Positions 26,255 to 39,362 of a DNA stretch of 64,000 nt are shown here, piece by piece (position 1 is the stretch's first letter; the number at the start of each line of letters is the position of its first letter). Where the stretch lies: the NCBI GenBank assembly GCA_965153455.1, contig OZ234494.1, positions 11,470,001 through 11,534,000 on the forward strand, written 5' to 3'. The notes beneath the pieces were generated by a model. It ran no database searches. It worked only from the letters and a program-made list of their open reading frames with translations, and was not told where the DNA came from. The stretch is from Sphagnum compactum. Its lineage: Eukaryota. The position numbers and the translations under genes are program-made.

Positions 26255-28001
26255 ATGGACTTCTTGAAGGAGGCGGCCAAGCTTGCGCAACAGCATAGCA
26301 AGCCTCAAGGAGATGGTGGCGACTATGACGGAGCTCTCCCACACCCCCACACAACGATGTTCTCCCAGCATGCCACCACCGTCTCGCATGCTGGAGGACC
26401 GGGTGGTGCCGCCGAGCACAACAAGCCGAGCACGACTGAACTCTACAGTAGTGCGCAGGTCTTTGCCCCTACACTCCTTCAGCTTGCCTTTTCTTGTCTT
26501 TTTCTACTCCATTTGTGATTACTGCATGGCAATGTTGTTGTTGTTTGGAGTTTTGTCCTCCTCTGCTTCTCACTCCCTTGGTAATGAGATCTCTTGTCTC
26601 TACTTCCCTTGTGTCTGTGTGACCAACATCTAGGTCCACTGTCGGGCCAGCAATGCTTCTAGAGTCAAGCAGAAGTGGGAAGAGATGGAAATCCTTCCAG
26701 TGGTTTGCAAGAGAATCCGAATCCTACTGCAGCATCTGCATCTTCAGATCATGCAACAAGATCAAATTGTTGTCTTCAGATGCAATAAACATGTCTGTAA
26801 TAAGAATGTTGCTGGAATCTGGGATCGTATTGCAGCCCTGCATCTTCAAGAATATACTTCAAATACTCACCCACACATATCAGAGTAGTAGCTTTCATCT
26901 CAGATAGCAGTATGCATGTGCTGCTGCTCATGTTCAGGATACAGGGACAGGATTTTACAAATCTCTTTGATCTTCGTACCTGCAGGTCATCTATCAGGCG
27001 GCAGCAGGGAGAGGGAAGCAAGGGGGGATTGATGAAGGAAAAGTTGCTGGTAAGTGTCTGAGTTCCTGCTTGAAAGCGGATTGCCTCTCCAGTACTAGCC
27101 AACATCATGACTTGAGTCTTCCTGATGCTTGCAGAGATGCAACCCAAACTTGAGATTTTGTAAGATGGCTTGCTCAGATTTTGGGCTACTCCCATTGTCG
27201 GGAGCTGATGGAGTCAGTGGGGAATTATGGCAGCTCATCACTGCTGTTTGTGATCAAAGATTTGGACTGGATATAAAACAAACTGTTAATCTGCAAAAGA
27301 TTTGTTTAACACTGGCAGGCGCAGCAGAGAGCTTGCTGGAGGGTTTGTCTTCTTATGGCGGTTTAGACAAGTCTCCATATGGAAATTACATAGGAAAGGC
27401 AGAAACCTACTTACATGGCTATGCCCAGAAGCATGGAGGAGGTCAGGCTGCACCTTTGACCTCAACACCAGGTGCTGCAATGCAGGAACCGACTTTCCCG
27501 GATCAGCATCGTGTTCCTCAAGCTTCAGTCCATGCAGCTGGAGCTGGAGCTTACACAAACCAAGCTCCATCTTATTCCAGTGAAGCTGGAGGTTATGGAC
27601 AGCAAGGCCCGTCTTATCCTGGTGAAGCTGGAGGTTATGGACAGCAAGGCCCATCTTATCCTGGTGAAGCTGGAGGTTATGGACAGCAAGGCCCGTCTTA
27701 TCCTGGTGAAGCTGGAGGTTATGGACACCAAGGCCCGTCTTATCCTGGTGAAGCTGGAGGTTATGGACACCAAGGCCCGTCTTATCCTGGTGAAGCTGGA
27801 GGTTATGGACACCAAGGCCCATCTTATCCTGGTGAAGCTGGAGGTTATGCAAACCAAGGTCCATCTTATTCAGGCGACCCTGGATCTAACTATACACCAC
27901 AGGGCTCATATGCATCTGAAGGAAGACCTCATGGATATCAAGGTCCAGCGCACAGAGGTGAAGAGGCTCCAGGACATAAGAAGCCATCTTGGTATGAGTA
28001 A
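26255..28001 (+). CDS. Nodulin-related protein (NRP1-like) with a C-terminal 14-aa repeat tail, 316 aa. Exons 26255-26458, 26986-27049, 27319-28001
   Basis: KPSTTELYSSAQ|VIYQAAAG...IDEGKVAG|AAESLLEGLSSYGGLDKSPYGNYIGKAETYLHGY matches the NRP core pattern (ELLASAK...DKxKVAGAxxDLL..YGKLD...YxxKAExYL). Introns are GT-AG and in phase. Confidence 0.82.
27580..27873 (+). repeat. 42-bp coding tandem repeat, 7 copies (GEAGGYG[Q/H]QGPSYP)
   Basis: Unit ggtgaagctggaggttatggacagcaaggcccgtcttatcct; copies nearly identical. Confidence 0.95.
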
Positions 28002-29708
28002 GGTGGTTTTCTTTGCCTCACACAAGACCATCAGCACCTGCATTTTCAGTTGAATCTTGTTGTCACAACTTAGATGCTCTCAGAATATCGTCCCTCCTTG
28101 CTGTTGAATCTCAACAAGGAATGTGTGCATGATGTGAGTACACATTCTGCAGTGTAAAGATCATCACCTGGTGATTCAAAGACGCAGGTGAATTCCTGAG
28201 TTCTTTAGCACCACAAAGATGCAAACTTGAGGCAACATACACTGGTGATCTCTTGTCTACCAATGATAATCGAACCTTTGGTTTTGTACACAATTGCACC
28301 CATTTCTATGTTCAAGTTTTCCTCCTCGAAGGTGCAGATCATCATGCACAATGAGGCCAAACTATTCAGTTTCTTGTTTCCCTGCAGAGTACAAAAAGCA
28401 TCCATAAAGAGATTTGATCCTAATTGTACAGATGTATGATCCAGTTGCATTTGCATCAATTTTGTCAGATTTCCTGAGTCTCTCAACTGATATCCACAGC
28501 CACATGCACAATATTGTTCCCAACATGATGGATGCCCCATAATATCTTCAGTAATACCAAGCATTCCTCAAGAAAGTCAACATGGAAAAAATGGAAATAT
28601 GAACCCATCATATCTTCTTGATATTTCAAAATCTGGCAATAGAACAACAATCATTAAAAAGAAGACTTTAGAGAGCAAGACAGGTGGTTTTGATGACAGT
28701 GACCCACATTTTCACAGACCTTCAAGAGGAACAGCCATTGGAGCTTTACAATGCATTGGATATACCCAATCCAGATTGACCATTCTGTTGTCTTTTGCAC
28801 CGTTGATTGCAAGGAGCAACTTCTTTTGCAACTCATATAGATGTTTGAACCAAATTGTATGGAGAATCACTTTGAACTGTGAGAATCAATGCTTTTAAGT
28901 CAACCTGACTAGAATTGAGAGATGACCCAAATAGAAAAACAATCCAATAATGTCACACACATGTTCAACAGCAACAGGTATGGTATTGCCCTATGTAAAG
29001 AAGAAGAGAGGAGAGAAACCAAACAGTGAACATTAAGAGCATGATCTTTGCAGAGCCCTTTGTACACATTTAAGAGCATGACTCTGCATCCCGACAGTTA
29101 AATGTATTCAAAGACACTGAATTAATGGATTGACAAAATTGCATCCATTCACATTCACAAACTTGAAAACCATCTGCACTTCTTCCACTCAACTGTAGCT
29201 CACAAATTGGTGTATCTTTGACAAAAATTTACTGGTATGCAGGAAAACTCCCCATTCCCCCTAAGACAAGTGACTTGATGGGGAAAATACACCCATTGAA
29301 AGTCAGCAACTTGTGAAGAATGCTCTGGTGTCCTTCTGCTCAATAATACTAGCTGATCTGACTGATAAGTCAGATGCACTTCAAGAAATCAAGATAAACA
29401 ATTGGGCAACAGCAGCCTCATAATGCCATACCCTATTTGCAAGCAACCTGCTGAATCTCTGTATATTCATCAATGTGGTTATCTCAAGCTCTACAGAAAA
29501 CTGCACATATGAAACACCTCCTCAAAGAAGATGGAAATGGACTCAATGTTAACAGGCTGTCAAATTTTACAGCTTCCAGTTACAGTCCACTGACAATCTT
29601 CATGTGTTGGTAAATGATCTGCAAAAGAAAAAGAGAACAAAACCTGTAATTGCCACTACCAGCTACCATCCTGTACCATGCAAGGTCTGAACCTTTTTGG
29701 CAATGGCT

Positions 29709-30458
29709 TTACGATTCCTCCGTTGGCTGAGTGATTCCCAGAGTTAGAAGCATCTTGTTCAAATCATCAGCAGAGAAGACCTGGTACTTGACTTCTCCCT
29801 GCGCAGTTAGACTGACCTCAGCAAGCTCCAGTTTCTCTGCAGAGAGAGTGGTGCTGTCCATGGTCTTACTCAGCACTTTCAGAGCCAGCTGAACTGCCTC
29901 TTCTCTAGTAATATCATCCTTGTAGTCCTGCTTCAACATCGATTGTGCTGCTTGGTTGTTTGCGCCTATTGCTCCTGCCTTCCAGCCTCCATAATTCCCA
30001 CTAGGATCACTCATGTAAAGCTGGAAACCAAAGTTGGAGTCGTGACCTGCGAAGAGGAACGACACTCCGAAAGGACGAAGACCTCCAAACTGAGTATAGC
30101 CTTGCTTAGTATCGCAAAGCGACTGAACCAGTTGTTCCACTGGCATGGGCTCCTGGTATGCTAGGGTATACCGTTGCGCTTGTAATCTGGCTGTATTGAT
30201 GAGAATGTTAGCATCCGCCATGATGCCCGCCACGGCGCACGCCAAATGATCATCGATTTTGTACATCTTCTCTGTGGACTTGGTGGTTGCTAAAAGCTTG
30301 GAGGTCACACGCTTCTCGGCAGCCAAAACCACTCCATCTTTGGCTAACACACCGATTGCTGCTCCCGCATTACTGATGGCTTCCATCGCATACTCTACCT
30401 GGTATAACCTCCCCTCCGGCGAGAAGATTGTCGTCCTGCTATCATAACGCCGAGACAT
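29709..30458 (-). CDS. PAC1: 20S proteasome subunit alpha type-4 (alpha3), 249 aa, intronless CDS
   Basis: [28 protein letters not shown]...[18 protein letters not shown]...[14 protein letters not shown] at 30458. Confidence 0.97.
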   Translation of the reverse strand: MSRRYDSRTTIFSPEGRLYQVEYAMEAISNAGAAIGVLAKDGVVLAAEKRVTSKLLATTKSTEKMYKIDDHLACAVAGIMADANILINTARLQAQRYTLAYQEPMPVEQLVQSLCDTKQGYTQFGGLRPFGVSFLFAGHDSNFGFQLYMSDPSGNYGGWKAGAIGANNQAAQSMLKQDYKDDITREEAVQLALKVLSKTMDSTTLSAEKLELAEVSLTAQGEVKYQVFSADDLNKMLLTLGITQPTEES

Positions 30459-30742
30459 ATTCGCTCTAAAACAGACACGCGCACGCACACAATCCTCACT
30501 CACAAAACCCAAAAGAACAGAAAACCAAATCCTTGAACTAAAAACCACAACAAACCAAAAAAAAAACGACAACAGAGAAAAAATCCGGTCACACAGGAAA
30601 CAGGAAATGCAAGACAAGACAAGAGAACGCGAGATCAACGACAGTGAAGCAAGACTGGAGACACAAGATCGAAAGAGACACACGTTTGGTAAGAATGGAA
30701 ACCCTACAACGATAACGCACGATGAAACAGAAACAAACAGCA

Positions 30743-30840
30743 TTTTAGGGTTAGGTTTAGGGTTAGCTGTAAGACCGAACCTGGTGTCTTTAGGTTTGGA
30801 ATCCAGAATCAGGAAACGAACCTGGTGTAATTTAGGGTTG
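30743..30840 (-). promoter_or_regulatory. Telo-box (AAACCCTA-type) motifs upstream of PAC1
   Basis: ttttagggttaggtttagggttag at 30743-30766 and tttagggtt at 30831. Confidence 0.5.
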
Positions 30841-30913
30841 GAATCAAGAGTCTTTGATTTATAAGAATCTACTAGAGTTTTGTTGCAACCCAAAGACCTG
30901 CTTTTGATGATAC

Positions 30914-31109
30914 CATGATACCTTGGCCACTTTGACACTAATTATATTATTTTAAGAAATGTTGAAATATTCACCCCAAAAAAATTCCAAAAAACAGTTT
31001 TTGAAGGAAAATATTCAATCTTTAGGAATATTTCATTTTTTTGAAATGAAATTTTCCAAAGCTAATTAATTATTTGACAAACATGTGTTCGAAGTTGCCA
31101 AGGTACTAT
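30914..31109. mobile_element. MITE with imperfect TIRs (TAGTACCTTGGC family)
   Basis: Left end catgataccttggccactttgacac; right end gtgttcgaagttgccaaggtacta (reverse complement tagtaccttggcaacttcgaacac); AT-rich interior. Confidence 0.65.
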
Positions 31110-32020
31110 TATATTATTTTTAGAAATATTCAAATATTCATAAACATATGAATATTTTTGGCATAAATTTAATTTTTCTTCGTTTTGTTGAATTTTTGAA
31201 AAAAATATTTATTACTTGTGTTGATTTATTATTATTATTATAAAATGTAGTTTCCGATTGTTGGGCTTGAACTGTAGACCTTAAAGTTTAAGAACTTAAG
31301 AAGTCAAGAATGAGGAAATCTAAACAGACTATATTGTCCCATAAACATAACAAGAATGTGTATATTATTTTTTATAATCATTTTTACTGAAAATTTAAAC
31401 ATTAGAAAATCAAGAATCAAAGCTTAAATTTAAAATATAATTAATTATTCAACAGTTTGTTGTCAGATTGGATAATGGACTACAATATTTTAGATGTGAT
31501 AAACATTAGGAAAGGTTCACATTTAGAATGTGGGTGGATTTATTTTTGGGGCTCTTGCCTTGGTAGGGCTAACACATGTATCAACACATATTTGTGTGAC
31601 ATTCAATGTTATATGGTAAAATCATTTATCAACAAACATGTATTTATCATCAATTTTTTAAAAATATGTTTTTTTCATTTCTTGATCAAATTGAGTAATT
31701 TTTGTGTCATTGGATGTGTAAATTAGAGGGTTACCAATGTTTTTTCAATATCAAAAGTCAAGGAACAACATCAAAAACACACACAAGGGATGAGTGAAAC
31801 TTTGTTTCAAACTTTTTGAAAAAATAGCTCTAGATCTCTTTCTAGTTCTAACCTCATTCATATATATATATATATATACATACAATTTTTTATTAATTTT
31901 TTAAATATAATATTTAAGTCTCTTTTAAATAATTTAAAACTTGATGGGTGCGCCAACTAGGATTACCCAAAAAAATTATATTTCAAAGACAAAAATCTAA
32001 CAATCCAAATCCTTAATCCG

Positions 32021-32486
32021 TTTTAATTCACCTATCACCAAGCACGAAACCCTCTTAACATCAAACACCCCATATTTTCTCTCATTCCTTTATTGAATTG
32101 AGTCATTTTTTGTGGCATTGGAAGCTTTAGGTGGAGGGTTACAAATGTTCTTTGACTTTCAAAGAATAACACATAAAGATTCGACCTCTTTTGACTTCAT
32201 AAGTGTTTGCTCATAAGCTTATTTGCCTTTTTTTCTTTTTTTTTTAAATTTATCTCAAATTTTGTTCAAGTTAGGGTAGATAGGTTGATGAATGAACATT
32301 TAAGAACTTGAAGAAGGTTGAACCTTTACACTTTTTTTCTTTTTTTCTTAAGCTCAAAAAAACATTTGTAACCCTCCACCTAATCCTTTCAAAATCACAA
32401 AAACTGCTCAATTTTATAAATGAATGTGCAAATTATGAGATATTTGGTGTAAGGGGGCTTAGTGTTCAATGATAAATGAATTAAAA
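32021..32486. mobile_element. Foldback/MITE-like element with ~140-bp imperfect inverted arms
   Basis: Left arm ttttaattcacctatcacc...ttaggtggagggttacaaatgtt (32021-32158) pairs with the right arm aacatttgtaaccctccacctaa...gataaatgaattaaaa (~32348-32486). Confidence 0.75.
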
Positions 32487-32912
32487 ACATATTAAAATTT
32501 TGAGCTTAAAACTTTTTGTCGTCGCACCTTTGCCTTTAAAATACAAAGAAGTTTTGTAAAACCTTAGTTGATGGATGCACTCATCTGGTTTGAAATCACT
32601 CGAAACAAACTCAAAATGACAAAAATATGAGGCTAGAAGTAGAAAGGGTCTAAAGCAATTTTTTTCAAAAAGTTCCAAGCAAACTATCTTTCATCCTTTC
32701 ATGTGTTCTCTACGTTATGTTTATGTTGCTCCTTTACTTCTTACACTCCAAGAACATTTGTAGTCCTTCAGTTTGCCCGTTCAATGACACAAAAATCGCT
32801 CAATTTGGTTAAGGAATGAGCAAAATATTGAAAAGTGTTCAGTGATAAATATACGTTGGATGATGAGCAATTCTACTAAGCTGTTTCTACGATGATATAG
32901 CAGCCGTTGAAA

Positions 32913-32927
32913 TTAGGGTTAGGGTTT
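32913..32927. promoter_or_regulatory. Telo-box upstream of RPL7
   Basis: ttagggttagggttt ~130 bp before the ATG. Telo-boxes are typical of plant ribosomal-protein promoters. Confidence 0.6.
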
Positions 32928-33053
32928 GAGGGATGCGATTTCTGTCCAAGGTGCAGAGAGTCTTGTTGCGCTTTGTTGTTGAGCCTTGTACCCCGTACGC
33001 GATTTTGTTGATGCGCGGGAGACTTTTACAGTACCTGTTGTTGTGCCACAACG

Positions 33054-34689
33054 ATGGCGGAGAGTAGTGATAAGATGGAGGTGGACGTCTCTTCTGCCGC
33101 CGCCGCTGCTGCTGCCGCCTCCACGGTGCCAGAGACGTTGTTGAAGAAGCGGAAGCGTGACGAGCAATGGGCATCGACAAGGAAGCAACAGCTTGAGATT
33201 TCCAGGAGCAAGAACGTTAAGAATCGCCAGCTCATTTTCAAGCGCGCGGAGCAGTATATCAAGGAATACAGGTCTCAGGTACGAAAAAATTTGATATTTT
33301 TTCGAGTTGTCATTTCTTTTGTTTCTGTTTAGTTGCATTGCAAGTTCTTGAACTGAAACTAGACTGACCCATGGTTGATGTATTTGAGAGTTTTTTTTAA
33401 CAAGGAAAGTCGTTTGTTCTTTAGGAAGCTGATTTGATCAGGCTGAAGAGGGAAGCAAAGCTGAAAGGTGGTTTTTATGTGGAGGCAGAAGCTAAACTGA
33501 TGTTCGTCATTAGGATTCGCGGGTAAGCATTTGCCCTTCTCGTTCCCAAGAGGTAGTTCTGCAAATTCTTCGATAATTTTGCACAAAATTGGGATATTCT
33601 TCATTATTGGAGGGCAGAGGACACTCTTCTGTCCACGTCTCGTGGAACGATAAGGAAGTCAATGTCGTAGACTTCCATTTAGGGTTTCCGCTATTGTAGG
33701 CTTGCATTCAGGGTTTCCTGGCAGGATTCCTTCCATCCTTTCCACTGTGATTCTGATTGCATTTTATCTTGTTCAGTATCAATGACATGCACCCTAAGAC
33801 AAGGAAGATCTTGCAGCTTCTGCGGTTGCGACAGGTGGGATGATTTTTTTTCTTTGCACATTAAGACAGTCCTCTTTTACCACAAAGCCCTCTTCACAGC
33901 AATGTCATCTACTTTTGTTTTATGCTAGTTGGAGGAGAAAGCTGAGGAGTTTCAGCTCTGTGTGGACCCTCGCTGACCTGCTTTCTTTGTTAACACAGAT
34001 TTTTAATGGAGTTTTCATGAAGGTCAACAAGGCAACTATTAACATGCTGCGCAGAGTGGAGCCTTATGTCACCTATGGGTATACCTCTTGGCTTCTTTTT
34101 TGTCTTGAAATCTTTGCTGTACCCTGGTAGGATGCAACCAACATCATGGACTCACGACAAGGTTTTGTGAAACAAATGATCTCACATGAGTGCAGGTTAG
34201 CTTGCTTATTTTCTGTCTGCCCTTGTTGTAGGTATCCCAACCTGAAGAGTGTGAAGGAGCTGATCTACAAACGTGGATATGGCAAGCTGAACAAAGCTCG
34301 AGCTCCATTGACTGATAACTCCATCATTGAGGAGGTGAGTGGTTTTGAGTTTCATAGCACACATCCATGTGTCTCAGTGCTCAATGCAAATTCAGCTGTA
34401 TTATAGTTTGAGATGTGTTTATGGTGCCACATATTTCCAGCTTTTGAAACTCTCAAGGGGTTTATTCTTGCAGACTCTTGGCAAGTTCGGCATCATTTGC
34501 ATTGAGGATCTTATTCATGAGATCTACACTGTGGGTCCTCATTTCAAGGAGGCCAACAACTTTTTGTGGCCATTCAAGCTAAGCTGTCCATTGGGTGGCC
34601 TGAAGAAGAAGCGCAACCACTATATTGAGTCTGGTGATGCTGGAAATAGGGAGGATAAGTTGAATAATCTCATTCGTCAGATGAACTAG
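33054..34689 (+). CDS. RPL7: 60S ribosomal protein L7 (uL30), 259 aa. Exons 33054-33278, 33425-33522, 33777-33834, 33999-34078, 34232-34334, 34474-34689
   Basis: [10 protein letters not shown]...[44 protein letters not shown]...[37 protein letters not shown]...[10 protein letters not shown]...LIRQMN. Exon sum is 780 nt. Confidence 0.97.
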
Positions 34690-35936
34690 GTTTGTCAGGA
34701 AAACTTTGTCTTGTCTCTGAGAAGAGTCTGAGCAGCCCAATTTTTGGCTAGATATATGACAGGGTTTCTCAGTGCTCTCTTTTGGAGAAAGATTGAGAAA
34801 TGGAGGTATTGTTCTTCAAAGCTTTGCTGTGAGTGTTTATGGATTGTCATGTCTGTCTTCCATCACTTCACTCTGCACACGTTTGCTTGCTTGGGATGCT
34901 ACGAATGGTAATAGACACTTGTGGTATCATGCCTGATTGTTATGACTAAGTGGGGCTTCAATGACTGTTGTTTGACAATAGGTTTTTTTTCCTTAATTGA
35001 TTTCTGCAAAGGTTCAGGGTTTGCAGCATCAACCAGCAAACTTGTGATAGGCTTGTGTCAGATCATTAGGCCCAAACATCAGAATTGTGCCCAACAGGGC
35101 ATTACAACCAGACATGTTCTGAGATCTTTTGTGATGCAACCTTTTGTGATCTTTTGCAATGCATTTCCTCTGTTAAGTCTTGGTCTACTTTCTTTTGTTA
35201 ATGTGATAATTGCAGTGAGAATACAGATGGGCAGGGTTTGATCCCTGCTTCTGATAATGATAGCTATTACGCCTTCCTGGATTAGCTAGTGAGTGGGCAA
35301 CTCAGTTTCCTTGTGCACTTTGCATCTTAAGGCAAAAGGTTTCCAGATTCTTGAAGCAAATTCCTAAGTGAGTGTGCTTGCATGGGCACTTTGTTGAGAA
35401 TTATATCTTCCGAGGTCAAGAGCAGGGCACTTTGTGCAAAAGTATCTCTGCTGCAATTCAATTAGATGGAATCAGAGATGGACAATTATGAGAAGCTTTA
35501 CAAAGCAGATCTCATGCATAATATCTCAATGATTATTATGACTGAAACCAACAGTTTTGTTGTCTGACTATTAGCAATACTTCTCAAGCAAACCAGAGAC
35601 TGTCAACCCAAAAATCATAACAGCTAATAAATGATTGTAATGTTTTATTCGAGCCAAGTGTTGACACATGGAAATGACTGTGGAATCTAGGAATTCAAAT
35701 CTGCACCCTGCACAGATCTCCAATCCAGGTAGCATCAATGAAATGGCAGACCACAATCTAGTGCATCTAGCTTGGCATCTAGCTTCAGTTTCCTCAGTTG
35801 ATTCACATGGCCATAAGAACATCTCCAAATTTCAAGGTAAGCAGAGATTGTGAACAAAAGACAAAACGCTCTTCTAGGTCTTCTTACTCATCTCCCATTT
35901 CCCCCTCCCCCCCTTAGTGTAGAAGAGAGAAGGCTA

Positions 35937-38900
35937 CTATCTAGATGCACTCTGTGACACCCGCAACTTGACATCAAAAGACATTTCTACCAAACCAGTG
36001 ATGCCTGCTGTGATTTTTTGACCTGCTTTTACAGGCCCAACACCTGATGGTGTTCCTGCAATATCTCATACCCATTTGAGTCAGAGTTTATTGTATAATG
36101 GACTTTGTGCCTTTACTAGGCATCACCTCAGAAGCCACAAATGTACATTAGATATGGAGTCCCATAGAATTTTGGAGATTTTTACTAAGGCATTTGCACC
36201 ATGAGACAACTTCCTTTTCCTTCTGAAAGCAATTTGTACAAAAGAAATCTGGTGAGAATATAGACCTGTGAGTATAACATCCCCTTCATTAAGAGTCATG
36301 ATGCTGCTGATGTAACTGATAAGCACGGGGATACTGAAAATCATGTCCTTTGTACTTCCCTTCTGCCGTAACTTCCCATCCACCTGTCAATCAAGTTGTG
36401 TACTAAATTGTTGAGCTGAACACAATTGGAACAAACCAATATCAACCAACCTTCTCTGTATAACCTCAATCATACCTCTTTATCCTTCTCAAGGTTGATC
36501 CCAACAGAGACCACAAAATGAACTTCATAATATACTTCCTACCTTCAAATATTTTCCTGTGCCCCAACAAAGCAAAGACTACTATCTCCCAGTGAATGCA
36601 ACTTGCATTCTCAATTCAGGGTAGATTGAGTATCATGAACTGTTTCTTAATACCCTGAGTTCATGAATGCCCACTATAGCACAGACTTGAGCCTGGGAAG
36701 AAAGAAGATGTTGAGTTCACCTCAAGCCATAACTCCAGATCATCACAGGATGGTACTTTTGTCTTAGGAATCTGACACAGAAACCAAACTCAGTTAGTTC
36801 CTTATGCTGCAACAATGTGATGTGGAACATTGAAAAATGCACAAGAGTAAAAGACAAAAAGACTTCAATTTATCACTGAAGTCTGCAGAAGTGTATGACA
36901 CCAAATAAAAAGCAAGCATTCGGGGATACCATTATTCAAGCAAATTTCTGAACTTTCTACCTATGAGAAAGAAACACCAAGAATAGAAGCTCAAAAGCAC
37001 TTAGAAGACCCGCAGAAAACAACAAATGCAGCAGAAAAATAGCAACAAAGAGACAGAAGCATTAAGAACTCTGCAGCATTACTTGCATATGCATGATACA
37101 GTGACCACTACAATGGAAATGTAAATGGAAGTAGAATGTAACACATGCTGAGGTAGTATGAGCAGAGAGATGGTTGATTAGAAGGAAAGGGGCATACATA
37201 CAAAGTTACCAATTGGTGTGAAGGTGTCATATCCTTTAGCCAGTGTCCATGGAAGCCCCTTTTGCTGCAGAAATACATGGGAACCAACCAACCAAACATT
37301 CATCTCCATGACAATAAACAGATTATGAACTCTATTAAGTTACACTCCCACATAAGACAACCAACTTGTAGGTGCATAGAAGCTCCCCCTTGATCAATGA
37401 ACATAGGTGCATGGATTCAGAGCAGTTTCCTTGCCATAAGGCAGCAAAGATGAAGTTTACTCTTGAGCATGGGAAATCATGAAATGACATGTATTAATAT
37501 GACATGCCTTCCTCACAAGTTCTCTTTTTCTTTGTCTACCTTGGCAACAGCTTGAAGCTCCCTTGCTGTCATGTCAAGTGCCAAAGCATATCCTGTCAAC
37601 CAACAACACCATCAGAGTCTTGTCACATAAATCTATGGAAACAATAATTTGCAGTGACCTCTATTTAATTCAGAGATTCACATCAATGAAACTGGAATTG
37701 TTGAACTTCCTGAATTCTGAAGCAGATGTATCAACAAACCCTAATGGCCCCTCCTTGCAATCTACATTGGGATGCTTAGTTGGGCATGCCTCTGACCTCA
37801 GTCCTAAGCATAATCTATTCCGCATCCCCTGAGCTGTTTCTGAACTGATGCCACCTCAGTACAAACATCTTCTGCCTGCAACTCTTCCCAGACAATTATC
37901 TTGTCTAAGCCCAAAACTTAAGTTGAAGCCCTTCACACATTACTTGGAATTTCCAACCAACAGAACAAGCATTTCATCAGCTCATAATCATCCTAGGTGG
38001 CCACACATGAGAGTAGGTTGGATTGGGCTCTCCAACTGGTTTGATTCCAACACCAAAACACATGCAAACAGATGATGGATGGATTTGACAGAGTGGAAAG
38101 AGCAAGAGTAAAGGGTGTACCTGAGATGTGGTCCATTGCTGCATGCTGAGGTATGTCCCGACCCTTCTTCCCAATCACAACCCCAAGCTCTACTTCATGG
38201 TCTAAGGCTGTACAAGGGTGTGGGATCTCTATTGCCATTCCCTCCCTTATGTATGAGGAAGTGGGCTTCAAAAAAAGCAGTGGTTCCTGAATACTCCCAC
38301 AAGTCACCAAATCATGCATTAGATTAGAAACTTCAGTCAAACCAAGTTCATATTTCACAGCTCAGAAAATGCAAAATGGCAATGCACCATGAAACCCAGT
38401 TTTCTGAATTCTTCGGCAGCCATAAATCAAGGTGCACCAGCAATCACAGTAAGAAGAAAGAAACTACTCAGAGGCTGGAAAATCATCCTACAATTTCTGG
38501 CAAGCACCCAATAGTCCTGGGATCCTCCAAAATCACTTGCTACCCTAAAAACAACATAAAAATTAAGCATGGTTTTGGATGATCAGCAAATGTAGCAGGG
38601 GAATATGGGAAGTATGCATAGTCATGGAACACAAAGAAGAATGATGCCCAAAAGCTCAAACTCATTCAAAATTGCTTTGCAGACCCAACTGTGCTGGGAT
38701 CATCATCCAATTGTTTGCTATTACCCCCCACCCCGCCCCAAAAAAACAAACAAACAACATCAAATGCAAGTGTACACACACACACCCACAGCATCTTCCA
38801 AGGTGGGATTCATCAAAAAAATGGGAACCAGGAGATGGGGAGGTATATAGTACATGTAGCATCATACCGAAGGGAGAGCATTGCCAAGCTCTTTGGCATG

Positions 38901-38975
38901 CGCTGCATAGTTCCGCCCCACGCCCACAATCTTGGTGCCCATTTGCACCAACTTGTTGCCCAAATAAGCTGCCAT
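35937..38975 (-). CDS. FAHD1: Fumarylacetoacetate-hydrolase-domain protein (acylpyruvase/oxaloacetate decarboxylase FAHD1). Exons 38868-38975, 38121-38286, 37540-37592, 37202-37264, 36721-36771, 36266-36383, 35937-36055; in-frame upstream ATG at 39005
   Basis: [32 protein letters not shown]...[39 protein letters not shown]|...[21 protein letters not shown]...[15 protein letters not shown]. All introns are GT-AG and in phase. Confidence 0.95.
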
Positions 38976-39362
38976 TTCCCTTCGGATTTGTGCCTCCACA
39001 TACATCAACAACAACGATCTCTTATCAAGAAATGCCTCACGCTATTGTTTCGAGAGAAAGCATGAGCGACATGCTTCCTCAAAGCCCAAGTAAAGTCCTC
39101 AAGCCTCAGAACAGAAGATGACCTAAATGGGCCTTCATGGGACCAGTGCGACTGGGAACTTACTTGGGGAACACATTGATAACATGATAGGGAATCATTG
39201 AAAATAGGGTTGTGTGTAGGCCTGAATTTTTTTTTTTAAATTTTTATAAGCCAATGGGATTGCTGGATTTGGTGGTCTGAATTTGTTTTCTTAGTAATCT
39301 TGAGTGAACTCCTATTTCAATGTGTAAAAGCCATTTACAGACAGGGCTCTAGCATATTATTG

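Noticed and set aside
27286..28053. Alternative-frame and antisense ORFs with repeats (e.g. VHNLQLHQDK, LVKLEVMD)
   Set aside because: By-products of a stop-free 42-bp repeat. Only the GYP frame splices to the NRP exons.
30459..30938. 160-codon N-terminal extension of the 409-aa PAC1 ORF
   Set aside because: It runs through telo-boxes and a pyrimidine-rich leader with a probable acceptor (tgttttag) just before the ATG. The family starts at MSRRYD.
33279..34473. Intronic snoRNAs in RPL7
   Set aside because: No convincing C box (RTGATGA) and D box pair with a terminal stem, and no H/ACA structure could be identified by eye.
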